Assembly: GCA_017514525.1 (NCBI GenBank)
Contig: JAFWJY010000122.1
Location: 1 to 36,106, forward strand
Direction: 5' to 3'
DNA length: 36,106 bases
Source of the DNA: Solobacterium sp.
Lineage (GTDB): Bacteria > Bacillota_I > Bacilli_A > Erysipelotrichales > Erysipelotrichaceae
In this document: in pieces, positions 24,945-34,881 of the stretch
How the letters are laid out: each line of letters opens with the position of its first letter
How positions within the stretch are numbered: the first letter of the stretch is position 1
Notes under the pieces: model-generated
Databases searched by the model: none
Seen by the model: the letters and a program-made list of their open reading frames with translations, nothing else
Told to the model about the DNA's origin: nothing
Position numbers and translations under genes: made by a program

Positions 24945-27500
24945 TTACTTGTTGTCAGCAGTCACCGCTTTGGCAGCAGTACGACCGGAAACGAAGATTT
25001 CAACAATTGCGTTTCCACCGAGACGGTTACCGCCGTGGATGCCGCCGGTCACTTCACCTGCCGCATAGAGACCTGGGATCGCGTTGCCGTCTGTATCCAG
25101 TACATGACGGTCAACATCAACCTTCAGACCACCCATGGTATGGTGTGTAGACGGAGCCATCAGTCGAACAGTGAGCTCAGCGCCATCGAGATCATAAGTA
25201 TCTGCGATATACTTGCCGGTCTCGTCCTTTTCGCAGTTGCCGATTGTACGGTTTGCGTTTGTCTTCTTGACGTCCGGATACTCCTCAGTCGCAGCGCCTG
25301 CGATTACAGCAGCGTCATAGTCTTCAATTGTCTTGCGTACAACAGCAGGATCCGCTTCGACACCGATCTTCTTGAACAGATCTGCGAGTCCGGCGATGTT
25401 TGTGCGATAGTAGCGGCCTTCATAGTCGCCTTCTGCCAGCTGCATCGGAGCCGGAAGTGCCTGTTCCTTATTGTAGATTTCAACGAATACGCCCTTTGTG
25501 CCATTGACTTCCATACCGTTGCGGAACTCAGCCAGAGACAGTACATCACGTTCAGAAGTTTCATCAACGAAACGCTTCCCGGTTGTCGGGTTGATCCATA
25601 CGGCATAGTTGCCTGCACCGAACGCGAGGTTGCCGTTATCAACCCAGGAAATCGGCATCAGCTGTGTGAAATTCATACCGGTGACGGCAGCGCCTGCTGC
25701 TTCACCCATTGTGATGCCATCGCCCTGCAGAGAAGAACGGTTCGTTGTCTTGGTATTGGTTGTGAGATATTCGCTGTCCCAGTACTGGTTGTACTCGAGA
25801 ACTTTATCAATGTTAGCTGCGAAACCGCCAGTTGTAAGGATAACGCCCTTATTGGCATGAATCGTAACCGGAGTGCCATTGAACTGTGTACCAGTTACAC
25901 CGGTAACACGGCCATCTTCAACGATCAGATTTTCTGCGTCAGTACGAAGCAGCACCTGATTGTCTTTTGCGGTAGGGCTTGTCTTTGTGAGTGTGTTGAG
26001 CGGAGCCATGAAGTAGGTGCCCCAGCGGCCCGGATATTCAACGCCATCAATTTCAGCGCCTGCGAATTCATTTTCACGATACCAGAGTGCGCCAATCAGT
26101 GTCGGCTGTGTATCTTCAACAAACTTCGCACCCTGTTCTTCCAGCCATGGCTTGAGATCCTGACCATCCTTGATGAACTGGCTGACAAGATCATAATCAC
26201 CATACATCCACTCGGACATATCAGCTGTCGGACGAAGTCCGCCATAGTATGTCTGGAAGATGTGCAGGTTGACGGTGGAGAACAATGTCACTTCGTTCGC
26301 ACCGGCAGCGATCTTCTTGTCTGCCCATGCAAGATACTCTTTGATTTCCTTCTTGAGATCCTTGAGTGTCTGCAGGTATTCCTGATGTACACCATGCTTG
26401 GAGAGCTCAGCTGTATCGCCTGCGACAAATTCATGATCCTTGTAATAAGCTTCATCAAACGGTTCTTCGGACCAGTTTTCAATCAGACGGAGCTCATCCA
26501 GTGTATTGATGTTTTCAACTACCTTGTTATAAGTATTGCCATCAAAACCAACACCCGTAGTCGCATCCGGATCGTTCGGATCCCATACCAGATACGGCAT
26601 TACCGACTGATACTGACCGCCGGAGACAAGTGTATTTCCGCCGATTTCAGCGTTCTTTTCAATGACACATACGGTGTTGCCGTCCTGTGCAGCCTGTGCT
26701 GCTGCAGCCATGCCGGCTCCACCTGCACCAACGACGACTACGTCAAAGGTCTGATCGATCGGATCACCAGCTTCAATCTTGACCGTATTTTTCTTGAAAC
26801 CATCCAGATCGGAAGCCCCTGCCTTTTCAGCCGCATCCGCAACTGCGTTCTTAAGTGCGAGAGAGGTGAATGTAGCGCCAGAGACAATGTCTACGCCGCT
26901 TCCGTTCGCTTCAATCATCTCATCAATCAGAATGTCATATGCGACTGTTCCGACATGTTCGGTTTCAACCGACTCTGCAACTTCAATGGACTCAATGCCA
27001 TCTTCCTTAAATGTAACATCTACTTTAACCGGGCCATTGTATCCGGTGCTTTCACCGGTATACTTGCCTGCGGTATAAGTGACCGGCACATTCTCGCCTG
27101 TGGAAGCTGCGCCTTCTCCCAGAGATTCCGGATCAACCCCTGCAGACTCCAAGGCCGCCTTGGCCGCATCAATAATTGCCTGCGATGTAATTGTCGCGCC
27201 ACTTACGGTATCAACTTTCAAAGACTGCGCGTCAACGATTTCACCCGGTACTGTCTCAATTGCCGGATCAGAAATACCTGCAGTTTCCTGATGGTCGGTA
27301 ACCTTGACTTCCTTGATTGCGTCAGAAGTCAGTGTCACTTCAACAGTGACATCTCCGTTTTTACCCGGAGCTTTGCCTGTGTAGGTTCCAGCAGGAAATC
27401 TGCCTTCACCGCCTGTGTTCTGAGCCGGAGAACAATTCGCAAGTCCCAGCATAGCAGAAACACAGAACAGGCCAACAATGCCTAATCTATTTGTTTTCAT
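24945..27500 (-). CDS. Exported FAD-dependent reductase (fumarate/urocanate reductase family) with two FMN-binding domains
   Basis: Signal peptide with Cys23; two SGAT flavinylation motifs (VDTVSGATITS, VDIVSGATFTS); GAGGAG, HHTMGG, AAGE and GIHGGNRLGGNA. Confidence 0.9.
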   Translation of the reverse strand: MKTNRLGIVGLFCVSAMLGLANCSPAQNTGGEGRFPAGTYTGKAPGKNGDVTVEVTLTSDAIKEVKVTDHQETAGISDPAIETVPGEIVDAQSLKVDTVSGATITSQAIIDAAKAALESAGVDPESLGEGAASTGENVPVTYTAGKYTGESTGYNGPVKVDVTFKEDGIESIEVAESVETEHVGTVAYDILIDEMIEANGSGVDIVSGATFTSLALKNAVADAAEKAGASDLDGFKKNTVKIEAGDPIDQTFDVVVVGAGGAGMAAAAQAAQDGNTVCVIEKNAEIGGNTLVSGGQYQSVMPYLVWDPNDPDATTGVGFDGNTYNKVVENINTLDELRLIENWSEEPFDEAYYKDHEFVAGDTAELSKHGVHQEYLQTLKDLKKEIKEYLAWADKKIAAGANEVTLFSTVNLHIFQTYYGGLRPTADMSEWMYGDYDLVSQFIKDGQDLKPWLEEQGAKFVEDTQPTLIGALWYRENEFAGAEIDGVEYPGRWGTYFMAPLNTLTKTSPTAKDNQVLLRTDAENLIVEDGRVTGVTGTQFNGTPVTIHANKGVILTTGGFAANIDKVLEYNQYWDSEYLTTNTKTTNRSSLQGDGITMGEAAGAAVTGMNFTQLMPISWVDNGNLAFGAGNYAVWINPTTGKRFVDETSERDVLSLAEFRNGMEVNGTKGVFVEIYNKEQALPAPMQLAEGDYEGRYYRTNIAGLADLFKKIGVEADPAVVRKTIEDYDAAVIAGAATEEYPDVKKTNANRTIGNCEKDETGKYIADTYDLDGAELTVRLMAPSTHHTMGGLKVDVDRHVLDTDGNAIPGLYAAGEVTGGIHGGNRLGGNAIVEIFVSGRTAAKAVTADNK

Positions 27501-27524
27501 AAGTTTCCCTTCCCTTATAATTGA

Positions 27525-27555
27525 TTTATAAACTCTGTATCAATTACAGAGTCAA
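27525..27555 (-). promoter_or_regulatory. MerR-type promoter/operator of the reductase
   Basis: TTGACT (27555-27550), 19-bp spacer, TATAAA (27530-27525), with dyad ACTCTGTA-N5-TACAGAGT (27532-27552). Confidence 0.88.
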
Positions 27556-27579
27556 GATATATTGTTAAAAAATTAACAG

Positions 27580-28413
27580 GTGAATCGTATGCACGTAAAA
27601 GAACTCGCTGATATAACCGGCGTCAATATTGAAACCATCCGTTCCTATCGGAAAGCTGGATACCTAAATCCCAGCCAGCGTTCAAATGGTTATTACGACT
27701 ATGACATGGAATCGCTGATCACATTGTTGTGGATCCGCAAACTGCGCGGCTACACCATGTCGATGGATCAGATTCATCAGTATTTCTACTCTGCCGATCC
27801 TGAGGAACTGCTTGAGATCCTTTCTGACCGCAGAAAGTATATTCTGGATGAAATCGCAGCCAGGGAACTCTCTGTGCGCTTTATTGATCTTGAGACGCGT
27901 CATATCAAGGAAACCATGTCCAACAATCTTTCCGGTGCCGAGATGATGCAGTCCATCGATGACAAGATTGATATTTATTCCCTTCAGAACCGCTCGGAAC
28001 GGTTTCAACAGCTGCAGTTCAGCATGACCCCGACGCTGCGCATTCCTCAGAAGATTCTCAATGGTCCGATTACCGATGAAACGATACCGGTTCAGATCGG
28101 TCTTGGCACATATCAGTACATCCTTGATGAACATGATTTCAAGCGCCCTGACGATGCGGTCATTGTGCCAAACGGACTGAATATCACGCAAGTCATAATT
28201 CTGAATGATTTCCGTGAACTATCCATCCGTGATCTCGAACCGATGATGACCTATGCCAAAGTGAACAAACTCCGCTTTCTCAGTGATACGACTGGTTATC
28301 TCATGCGAATTGAAATGAAGCACAATAAAACGTATTTTCATTTCCGCATACGCTCCTGCGTTCAGAAAAATGCGATCAAAGATCCGGTCGTATTAGCCCA
28401 TTCCCGGCGATAA
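27580..28413 (+). CDS. MerR-family transcriptional regulator
   Basis: VKELADITGVNIETIRSY...NGYYDY..IRKLR..MSMDQI; divergent from a 19-bp-spacer promoter. Start may be ATG 27589. Confidence 0.88.
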   Translation: MNRMHVKELADITGVNIETIRSYRKAGYLNPSQRSNGYYDYDMESLITLLWIRKLRGYTMSMDQIHQYFYSADPEELLEILSDRRKYILDEIAARELSVRFIDLETRHIKETMSNNLSGAEMMQSIDDKIDIYSLQNRSERFQQLQFSMTPTLRIPQKILNGPITDETIPVQIGLGTYQYILDEHDFKRPDDAVIVPNGLNITQVIILNDFRELSIRDLEPMMTYAKVNKLRFLSDTTGYLMRIEMKHNKTYFHFRIRSCVQKNAIKDPVVLAHSRR

Positions 28414-28426
28414 AAAACGACGCCGC

Positions 28427-28455
28427 AAAAAAAGAAGCAGCTTTTGCACTGCTTC
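28427..28455 (-). terminator. Terminator after the HIT gene
   Basis: GAAGCAG-N8-CTGCTTC followed by T7. Confidence 0.7.
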
Positions 28456-28468
28456 CTGATACTTCTGA

Positions 28469-28891
28469 TCAGAGTTCTGCTTTAATCCGCTGAATCATAT
28501 CCTCATATTCTTCCGGAGTGAGGAATTTTTTGCCTGGGTTCATCTCAAACACGCCGCCCCATTCATATTCATCTTTATACTTAGGTACAAGATGCATATG
28601 CAGGTGACATCCGGTATCGCCATACGCTCCATAATTCAGTTTATCCGGTTTGAACGCTTTGTGAATTGCCACAGCAGCTCTGTTCACATCCGCGAAAAAC
28701 GCATTTCTTTCTTCTTCCGAAATATTAACAATCTCACTGACATGATCTTTATACGCAACAATGCAGCGGCCCGGGTGGCTTTGTTCCTTAAAGAGAATCA
28801 GTGTACTGACGCTGAGATCACAGATATAGATTCCAAACTTATCCAGTAATTCACCGCGCATGCAGTAACCGCAATTTGTATCTTTCATCAT
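28469..28891 (-). CDS. HIT-family nucleotide hydrolase
   Basis: CGYC, HPGRCIV and the HLHMHLVP histidine triad. Confidence 0.9.
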   Translation of the reverse strand: MMKDTNCGYCMRGELLDKFGIYICDLSVSTLILFKEQSHPGRCIVAYKDHVSEIVNISEEERNAFFADVNRAAVAIHKAFKPDKLNYGAYGDTGCHLHMHLVPKYKDEYEWGGVFEMNPGKKFLTPEEYEDMIQRIKAEL

Positions 28892-28900
28892 TTTCCTCCA

Positions 28901-29986
28901 TTATCGTTTGATATCGTAATTCATGTTCATCAGGTTGCGGATCGTCTCCACATCATCCGTGATGTTTCCATCGCCATGGATCGTATGCTTGATCACACTG
29001 CTGGCAACAGCGAAGTTGGCCATATCCATTGGCTTATATCCGTTCATCATGGCATAAATCAGACCGCTGGCGAAGGCATCACCGCCGCCGACCCGGTCCA
29101 GAATGTTAAAGGTGAAGAGCTTGCTTTCATAGGTATGGTTTTCATACCAGATATACGCCTTCAGGCTGTTCTCGCTTCCGGTATAGGCATAGCGTACATG
29201 ACGGGCAATACACTTCAGATTCGGATACCGTTTTGCGAATGCCTGAAATACTTCATCCTGCTGTTCGTAATCCGGCTGCAGCGGAACGCCATCTTTAACA
29301 TCGCCCTTGCTGTAATCTTCCTCATCCTTCCAGAGATGATACGGTTCAATGCCGAGCAGTACATCCACATATGGCAAACACTTTGTGCAGAAATCTCTAG
29401 CCTCTTCCCAGGTCCATAAGGTGCTTCGATAATTGCCGTCAAAGCTTACCGTCATCCCTTTTTCTTTTGCTTTCTGAAGGCAAGCAAGGATGAATTCCCC
29501 GCAGCTTTCCGATAAGGTCGGCGTAATGCCACTGAGATGCAGCCAGTCAAATCCCTCCAGCAAGGTGTCGAGATCCACTCTGGAAAAATCATATTCGGAA
29601 ATCGCACTATGCTTACGGTCATACGTAACTTTGCTTGGACGGATTCCATAACCTGTTTCCAGATAGTAGGTGCCAAGACGGTGACTCGGTGTTTCCTCCG
29701 GTGTACTGAGAATTACCGGTGTGCAGTGCACATCATTACTGCGCAGCATACGAACTGCACTCTTGCCAAGACTGTTGTTCGGTACCACGGTAAAAAACGT
29801 ACTGTCGATGCCAAGGTTTGCCAGCGCCAGAGCAATGTTGGCCTCACTGCCGCCATAGCTGACTTCAAAGCTGGTCGCGACCCGGATCTTTTCGTAGTTC
29901 GGAGGGGTCAGTCTCAACATGATTTCTCCAAAGGTAATGAACTTCGGAGAATTCATCCCTTTGAGCAACGGATTAGAATGTTCCAT
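28901..29986 (-). CDS. PfkB-family sugar kinase, 2-keto-3-deoxygluconate kinase-like
   Basis: FGEIMLRL, GGSEANIA, LHLSGITP, FDGNYR and DRVGGGDAFASG. ATG 29986 has a GAGG SD. Confidence 0.88.
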   Translation of the reverse strand: MEHSNPLLKGMNSPKFITFGEIMLRLTPPNYEKIRVATSFEVSYGGSEANIALALANLGIDSTFFTVVPNNSLGKSAVRMLRSNDVHCTPVILSTPEETPSHRLGTYYLETGYGIRPSKVTYDRKHSAISEYDFSRVDLDTLLEGFDWLHLSGITPTLSESCGEFILACLQKAKEKGMTVSFDGNYRSTLWTWEEARDFCTKCLPYVDVLLGIEPYHLWKDEEDYSKGDVKDGVPLQPDYEQQDEVFQAFAKRYPNLKCIARHVRYAYTGSENSLKAYIWYENHTYESKLFTFNILDRVGGGDAFASGLIYAMMNGYKPMDMANFAVASSVIKHTIHGDGNITDDVETIRNLMNMNYDIKR

Positions 29987-30067
29987 AAATTTCCTCACTG
30001 CACAGGTCATCCTGTGCTTCTTTAAGCAAAATATACCACACTTTTATTTCTGTGCCCGCCCGGTAAC

Positions 30068-30093
30068 AAAAAGGAGCAGTAATTTGCTCCTTT
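30068..30093 (-). terminator. Terminator after the glucan phosphorylase
   Basis: AAAGGAGCA-N6-TGCTCCTTT followed by TT. Confidence 0.75.
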
Positions 30094-30096
30094 GTA

Positions 30097-32352
30097 TTAC
30101 TTCAAATGCCAGATTTCATGGTTGTAATCGTTGATCGTGCGGTCGCTGGAGAAGAAACCGGAACGCGCAATGTTAACCATCATCATACGTGTCCATTTGC
30201 CGCGGTCCGTATAATCGTAGATTGCTGTTTCCTTTGTGCTGCAGTAGCTTTCCAGATCCAGAAGCGTCATGAACCAGTCTTTGTTCTTCAGGTTGTCCTG
30301 AAGATCTCTCAGCATGGATTCATTGCCGATTTTCAGCATTTTTTCTGAAGTGATGAAATCCACAGCATTGCGGATACTTTCGCTGCGGTTGTAGAAATCA
30401 ATCGCATGATATCCGTTTGTATTGTAGAGGTTGATAACCTCATCGGAACTGCAGCCGAACGTATAAATATTTTCAAGGCCGACCAGATCACGGATCTCCA
30501 CATTAGCGCCATCGTTTGTGCCAAGTGTCACCGCGCCGTTTAACATGAACTTCATGTTGCCAGTACCGCTTGCCTCCTTGGAAGCCAGTGAAATCTGTTC
30601 GGAAATATTCGCTGCAGGAATAATTGCCTCTGCTTTGGCAATGTTATAGTTCTGTAACATAACAATCTTCAGGTACTTGGATACTTCCGGATCGTTATTG
30701 ATCAGTTCCTGGAGGCAGAGAATGAGATGAATCACATTCTTCGCCATGATATAAGCCGGCGCAGCTTTACCGCCAAAGATTACGGTGATTGGAACCGGCG
30801 GAAGGATGCCTGCTTTAATGCGCTGATACTGATAGATAATGCCAAGGGCATTCATCTGCTGGCGCTTGTACTCATGCATGCGTTTGACATGAATGCAGAA
30901 GACGCTGTTGGGATCCAGTTCGATTCCTTCTTTTTCCTTAATATACTCAGCGGCCTGAACCTTCTTCAGACGTTTGATTTCCGCAAGACGGTTTAATGCA
31001 CCTTCATCATTATGGAAATACATCAGGCGTTCCAGTTCCCGCTCGTTGTGCTTCCAGTCTTCACCAATGAGCTCTGTAATGAACTCTGTCAGTTCCGGGT
31101 TGCTGTGCATCAGCCAGCGACGGAATGTAATACCATTCGTCTTGTTGTTGAACTTGCCTGCGTAAACATTGAAGAACGGACGCAGCTCCTGATTCTTGAG
31201 AATCTCTGTATGCAGGGCAGCGACACCGTTTACGCTGTGACTGTAATGCATATCCATTCGCGCCATATGCACTCTTCCCTGATCATCAATAATGTTCAGC
31301 TCACGATTGTCATTGTAAGCACAGACTGCCGCATAATCGAGGCCGCCGATAATCGGCATCAGCTGCGGTACAACCTGGTTCAGGTAGTCCATCGGCCACT
31401 TTTCCAGGGCTTCCGCAAGAATCGTATGGTTGGTATATGCACATACGCCTGTTACGATTCCGGCCGCTTCCTTGAAGGATAATCCTTCACGGATCAAAAG
31501 CCGGATCAATTCCGGAATAACGAGAGACGGGTGCGTATCGTTGATCTGGATTGCCACATGGTCTGCCATGCGGTGAAGGTCATGCCCCAGATCCTTCTGT
31601 TCCTTAATGATCATCTGGGCCGCGTTGCTGACCATGAAGTACTGCTGATAAATACGAAGCAGCTGACCGTTCTTATCGGAATCATCCGGATACAGGAACA
31701 GTGTCAGGTTCTTTTCAATATCTGTCTTATCAAAATCAATACCGTTTTTTACGATGGATTCATCTACCGTATCCAGATCGAAGAGATGCAGCTTGGTATG
31801 GCCCTTGCCAAAACCCACAACATCCATGTCATACATGCGGGAATGAACAATCTTGTCTCCAAACTGCACCGGAAATGTGACATCGGTCTTTGTAAGCCAG
31901 CCTTTTTCACTCAGCCACTGATCCGGTATTTCTACCTGTCGATTATCCTCGAACTTCTGCTTGAATAAGCCAAAGTGGTAACGAAGACCTACGCCATCCC
32001 CCGGAAGATCCAATGTTGCGATGGAATCCAGAAAACATGCCGCAAGCCGGCCAAGGCCGCCGTTGCCAAGAGACGGCTCCGGTTCACAGTCTTCAACTGC
32101 CGCAAGACTCTTTCCGTTTTTATTCAGCAGGGAACGTACTTCTTTAAAAATACCAAGGTTGATCAGATTTCTTCCCAGCTGACGTCCTGTCAGAAATTCT
32201 GCTGAGATATAATACAGTTTTTTATTGCCCGTTGTTTCTTCACGCGCACGAATCAGTTCTTTTGTAATATCGAGCAATGCATCGTAGAGCTCTTCATCTG
32301 TTGAATCTGCAACCGCCTTCCCAAGTCGGTTCACAATTTTTTCTTCAATCAT
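30097..32352 (-). CDS. glgP: Glycogen/maltodextrin phosphorylase (GT35)
   Basis: [33 protein letters not shown] and PLP motif [11 protein letters not shown]. Confidence 0.95.
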   Translation of the reverse strand: MIEEKIVNRLGKAVADSTDEELYDALLDITKELIRAREETTGNKKLYYISAEFLTGRQLGRNLINLGIFKEVRSLLNKNGKSLAAVEDCEPEPSLGNGGLGRLAACFLDSIATLDLPGDGVGLRYHFGLFKQKFEDNRQVEIPDQWLSEKGWLTKTDVTFPVQFGDKIVHSRMYDMDVVGFGKGHTKLHLFDLDTVDESIVKNGIDFDKTDIEKNLTLFLYPDDSDKNGQLLRIYQQYFMVSNAAQMIIKEQKDLGHDLHRMADHVAIQINDTHPSLVIPELIRLLIREGLSFKEAAGIVTGVCAYTNHTILAEALEKWPMDYLNQVVPQLMPIIGGLDYAAVCAYNDNRELNIIDDQGRVHMARMDMHYSHSVNGVAALHTEILKNQELRPFFNVYAGKFNNKTNGITFRRWLMHSNPELTEFITELIGEDWKHNERELERLMYFHNDEGALNRLAEIKRLKKVQAAEYIKEKEGIELDPNSVFCIHVKRMHEYKRQQMNALGIIYQYQRIKAGILPPVPITVIFGGKAAPAYIMAKNVIHLILCLQELINNDPEVSKYLKIVMLQNYNIAKAEAIIPAANISEQISLASKEASGTGNMKFMLNGAVTLGTNDGANVEIRDLVGLENIYTFGCSSDEVINLYNTNGYHAIDFYNRSESIRNAVDFITSEKMLKIGNESMLRDLQDNLKNKDWFMTLLDLESYCSTKETAIYDYTDRGKWTRMMMVNIARSGFFSSDRTINDYNHEIWHLK

Positions 32353-32372
32353 GTAATTCCTCCCCTATCCAG

Positions 32373-32400
32373 TTGTAAACGTTATCGGAAACGTTTACAA
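32373..32400. promoter_or_regulatory. Two adjacent LacI-family (MalR/CcpA-like) operators
   Basis: TGTAAACGTTATCG and CGGAAACGTTTACA, together forming TTGTAAACGTT-N6-AACGTTTACAA. Confidence 0.75.
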
Positions 32401-32485
32401 TGATGTTGCGCAGTTTATATAAACGTATATTTATATAAAGCAACGCATACAATACACTGTTTTTCATAAAAAAGAAAGGCTTATT

Positions 32486-33928
32486 ATGAAGAAATCGATT
32501 GGAATCCTTATGCCTGTTTCCGCCCTTCCGAACCGTTTCGGATCTGGAGATTTTGGACCGGATGCCTATAAGTTTGTAGATCACATTAAAAAAGCTGGTT
32601 TTCAGATCTGGCAGATTCTGCCGCTGAACCCGCTTGGATACGGCAACAGCCCATACCAGCCGTTCTCATCCTTCGCGATGGATGAGATTTATCTTTCGCT
32701 GGATTATTTAATTAAAGATGGACTGCTGGATGAAGCGCCGGACTATAACAAATATGAAGAAGCAGTCGATTATGAAGCTGCCAAAGCATTCCGTCACGCT
32801 TATCTGATCAAGGCATTTGAGCGTTTCACTCCAACAGAAGACTATAAGCAGTGGGTGAAACAGCAGAAATGGCTGAAGAGTTATGAGCTGTTCATGACCT
32901 TTAAGGAAGCCAATAAAATGCGGACATGGAATGAGTGGCCGGCCGCCATGCGTGATTACCCGGAACTGAAGCAGGTGGATCTGAAGCCATATCGCAGTGT
33001 CATTCAATACCATCGTTTCATTCAGTATTATCTGTTCAAGCAATGGTCCGCGCTCAAAGAATACGCAAATAAAAAAGGCATTCTGATCATGGGTGATATC
33101 CCATTTTATGTCGGCCTTGACAGCGGTGACTGCTGGGGAAGCCGTTCCAATTTCCTGCTGGACAAAAAAGGCAGGCCCCGCTTTATAGCCGGTGTTCCAC
33201 CGGATTACTTTTCCGATCTTGGCCAGCGCTGGGGGAACCCAATCTATGACTGGTCGTTTATGGAAAAAGATCATTTCAAGTTCTGGCTCAACCGTCTGAG
33301 TTATAACAAGAACCTGTTTGATATCATTCGTCTGGATCACTTCCGTGCATTCGATACCTACTGGAAGATTCCCGCTTCCTGTCCGACTGCGATTGAAGGT
33401 GAGTGGATCGAAGCGCCCGGTTACCAGTTCTTCGATATCCTTTATAAAAACTATCCGGATATCAGTATTATTGCGGAAGATCTGGGTGATCTGCGCGAGC
33501 AAGTAGATATTCTTCGTGATCATTACCACCTGCGCGGCATGAACGTTCTGCAGTTTACCTTTCAGATCGATTCTGAAAACACCGTCACACCTCACAGTGT
33601 CGCCTATACCGGAACGCATGACAACGAAACGATTGCCGCATGGTATCAGAAAAAATCCCCTTCTGAAAAACGTCAGATCAGAAACTGGTTTAAGCAACAT
33701 GGCTTTATGGGAAAGGACCTGACGGATCAGTTCCTGCAGTTTGCCCTGCAGTGCGGCGCAGACACTGTAATCATTCCAATGGCAGACTGGCTTGGTATTG
33801 GCAAGGAAGGAACGATCAATCGTCCTGGCACGATTGGTTCACCAAACTGGGAGTGGCGCCTGCCCTCTCTGGAACCATTTGAACAGAAAGAAACCAGAAT
33901 CCGCGAGATGATTTCCGCATCCCGCTGA
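32486..33928 (+). CDS. malQ: 4-alpha-glucanotransferase (amylomaltase, GH77)
   Basis: WQILPL, SPY, GVPPDYFS..GQRWGNP, RLDHFRAF, AEDLG, YTGTHDN and NWEWR. Confidence 0.96.
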   Translation: MKKSIGILMPVSALPNRFGSGDFGPDAYKFVDHIKKAGFQIWQILPLNPLGYGNSPYQPFSSFAMDEIYLSLDYLIKDGLLDEAPDYNKYEEAVDYEAAKAFRHAYLIKAFERFTPTEDYKQWVKQQKWLKSYELFMTFKEANKMRTWNEWPAAMRDYPELKQVDLKPYRSVIQYHRFIQYYLFKQWSALKEYANKKGILIMGDIPFYVGLDSGDCWGSRSNFLLDKKGRPRFIAGVPPDYFSDLGQRWGNPIYDWSFMEKDHFKFWLNRLSYNKNLFDIIRLDHFRAFDTYWKIPASCPTAIEGEWIEAPGYQFFDILYKNYPDISIIAEDLGDLREQVDILRDHYHLRGMNVLQFTFQIDSENTVTPHSVAYTGTHDNETIAAWYQKKSPSEKRQIRNWFKQHGFMGKDLTDQFLQFALQCGADTVIIPMADWLGIGKEGTINRPGTIGSPNWEWRLPSLEPFEQKETRIREMISASR

Positions 33929-33936
33929 CCCTCGTG

Positions 33937-33968
33937 ATGCACATGTCCATGCATGTGCATTTCTTTTT
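33937..33968 (+). terminator. Terminator after malQ
   Basis: ATGCACATG-N6-CATGTGCAT followed by TTCTTTTT. Confidence 0.7.
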
Positions 33969-34017
33969 ATTTATTCTGCAGATGTAATAAAATAGCTTCG
34001 TTTGAGGAACAGCACAT

Positions 34018-34878
34018 ATGTCTATTCTGATTGAATTGTTAAAATCTCTGGTTTACGGCGTGATTCAGGGAATCACGGAATGGCTTCCAATCAGCAGCAC
34101 CGGTCATCTGATCCTGCTGAATACCGTCATGCCGTTAAATCTGTACCCGGACGCATCCGCAAATCTTGCATTCTGGAATATGTACAAAGTTGTCATTCAG
34201 CTTGGATCCATTCTTGCGGTTATCGCAGCTTTCCACTCAAAACTCTGGCCGTTTGATCCAAAGCGCAGTCAGGCCAGACAGAAACAGATTATTCGTCTCT
34301 GGCTGCTGATCCTGATCGCCACGATTCCAGTAGGTATCATTGGCTTTCTGCTCAATGACATCATTGATGAAAAACTGTCTACGCCAGCAGTTGTCGGAGT
34401 AACACTGCTGATCTACGGCATCATCTTCATTCTGGTAGAACAAAAGCCAAAAGCACCTGTCATCAACAGTACAGCTGAAATTACGCCAAAGGCCGCGGTT
34501 ATCACCGGTCTGTTTGAATCACTGGCTCTGATTCCGGGCACCTCCCGTTCAGGTTCAACGATTATCGGCTCCCTTCTGCTGGGAATGAACCGTCCGACCG
34601 CAACCGAGTTTTCGTTTTATCTTGCCATACCGGCGATGATCGGAGCTTCTTTACTGAAGCTGGTTAAAATGAAGATTACACTTGGATTGTCTGGAATACT
34701 GGTTCTGCTTGTAGGAATGGCATCGGCATATATCGTATCGGTTGTTGTCCTTCGCAGTCTGCTTCGCTATGTTCGCAAAAACAGCTTCCGCCTGTTTGGC
34801 GCCTATCGCATCATCCTTGGTTTACTGATTCTGATTCTCGCTTTGATAGGGGCCTTTCCGGAAGGGATAGGAGTTTAA
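34018..34878 (+). CDS. uppP: Undecaprenyl-diphosphate phosphatase (BacA)
   Basis: QGITEWLPISSTGH, IQLGSILAV, PGTSRSGSTI and EFSFYLAIP. Confidence 0.95.
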   Translation: MSILIELLKSLVYGVIQGITEWLPISSTGHLILLNTVMPLNLYPDASANLAFWNMYKVVIQLGSILAVIAAFHSKLWPFDPKRSQARQKQIIRLWLLILIATIPVGIIGFLLNDIIDEKLSTPAVVGVTLLIYGIIFILVEQKPKAPVINSTAEITPKAAVITGLFESLALIPGTSRSGSTIIGSLLLGMNRPTATEFSFYLAIPAMIGASLLKLVKMKITLGLSGILVLLVGMASAYIVSVVVLRSLLRYVRKNSFRLFGAYRIILGLLILILALIGAFPEGIGV

Positions 34879-34881
34879 ATT

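Noticed and set aside
24882-27485. 867-aa antisense ORF opposite the flavin reductase
   Set aside because: It mirrors the real gene almost exactly, is Cys/Ile/Phe-rich with no motifs, and starts inside a promoter/terminator region. Codon bias of the sense gene explains it.
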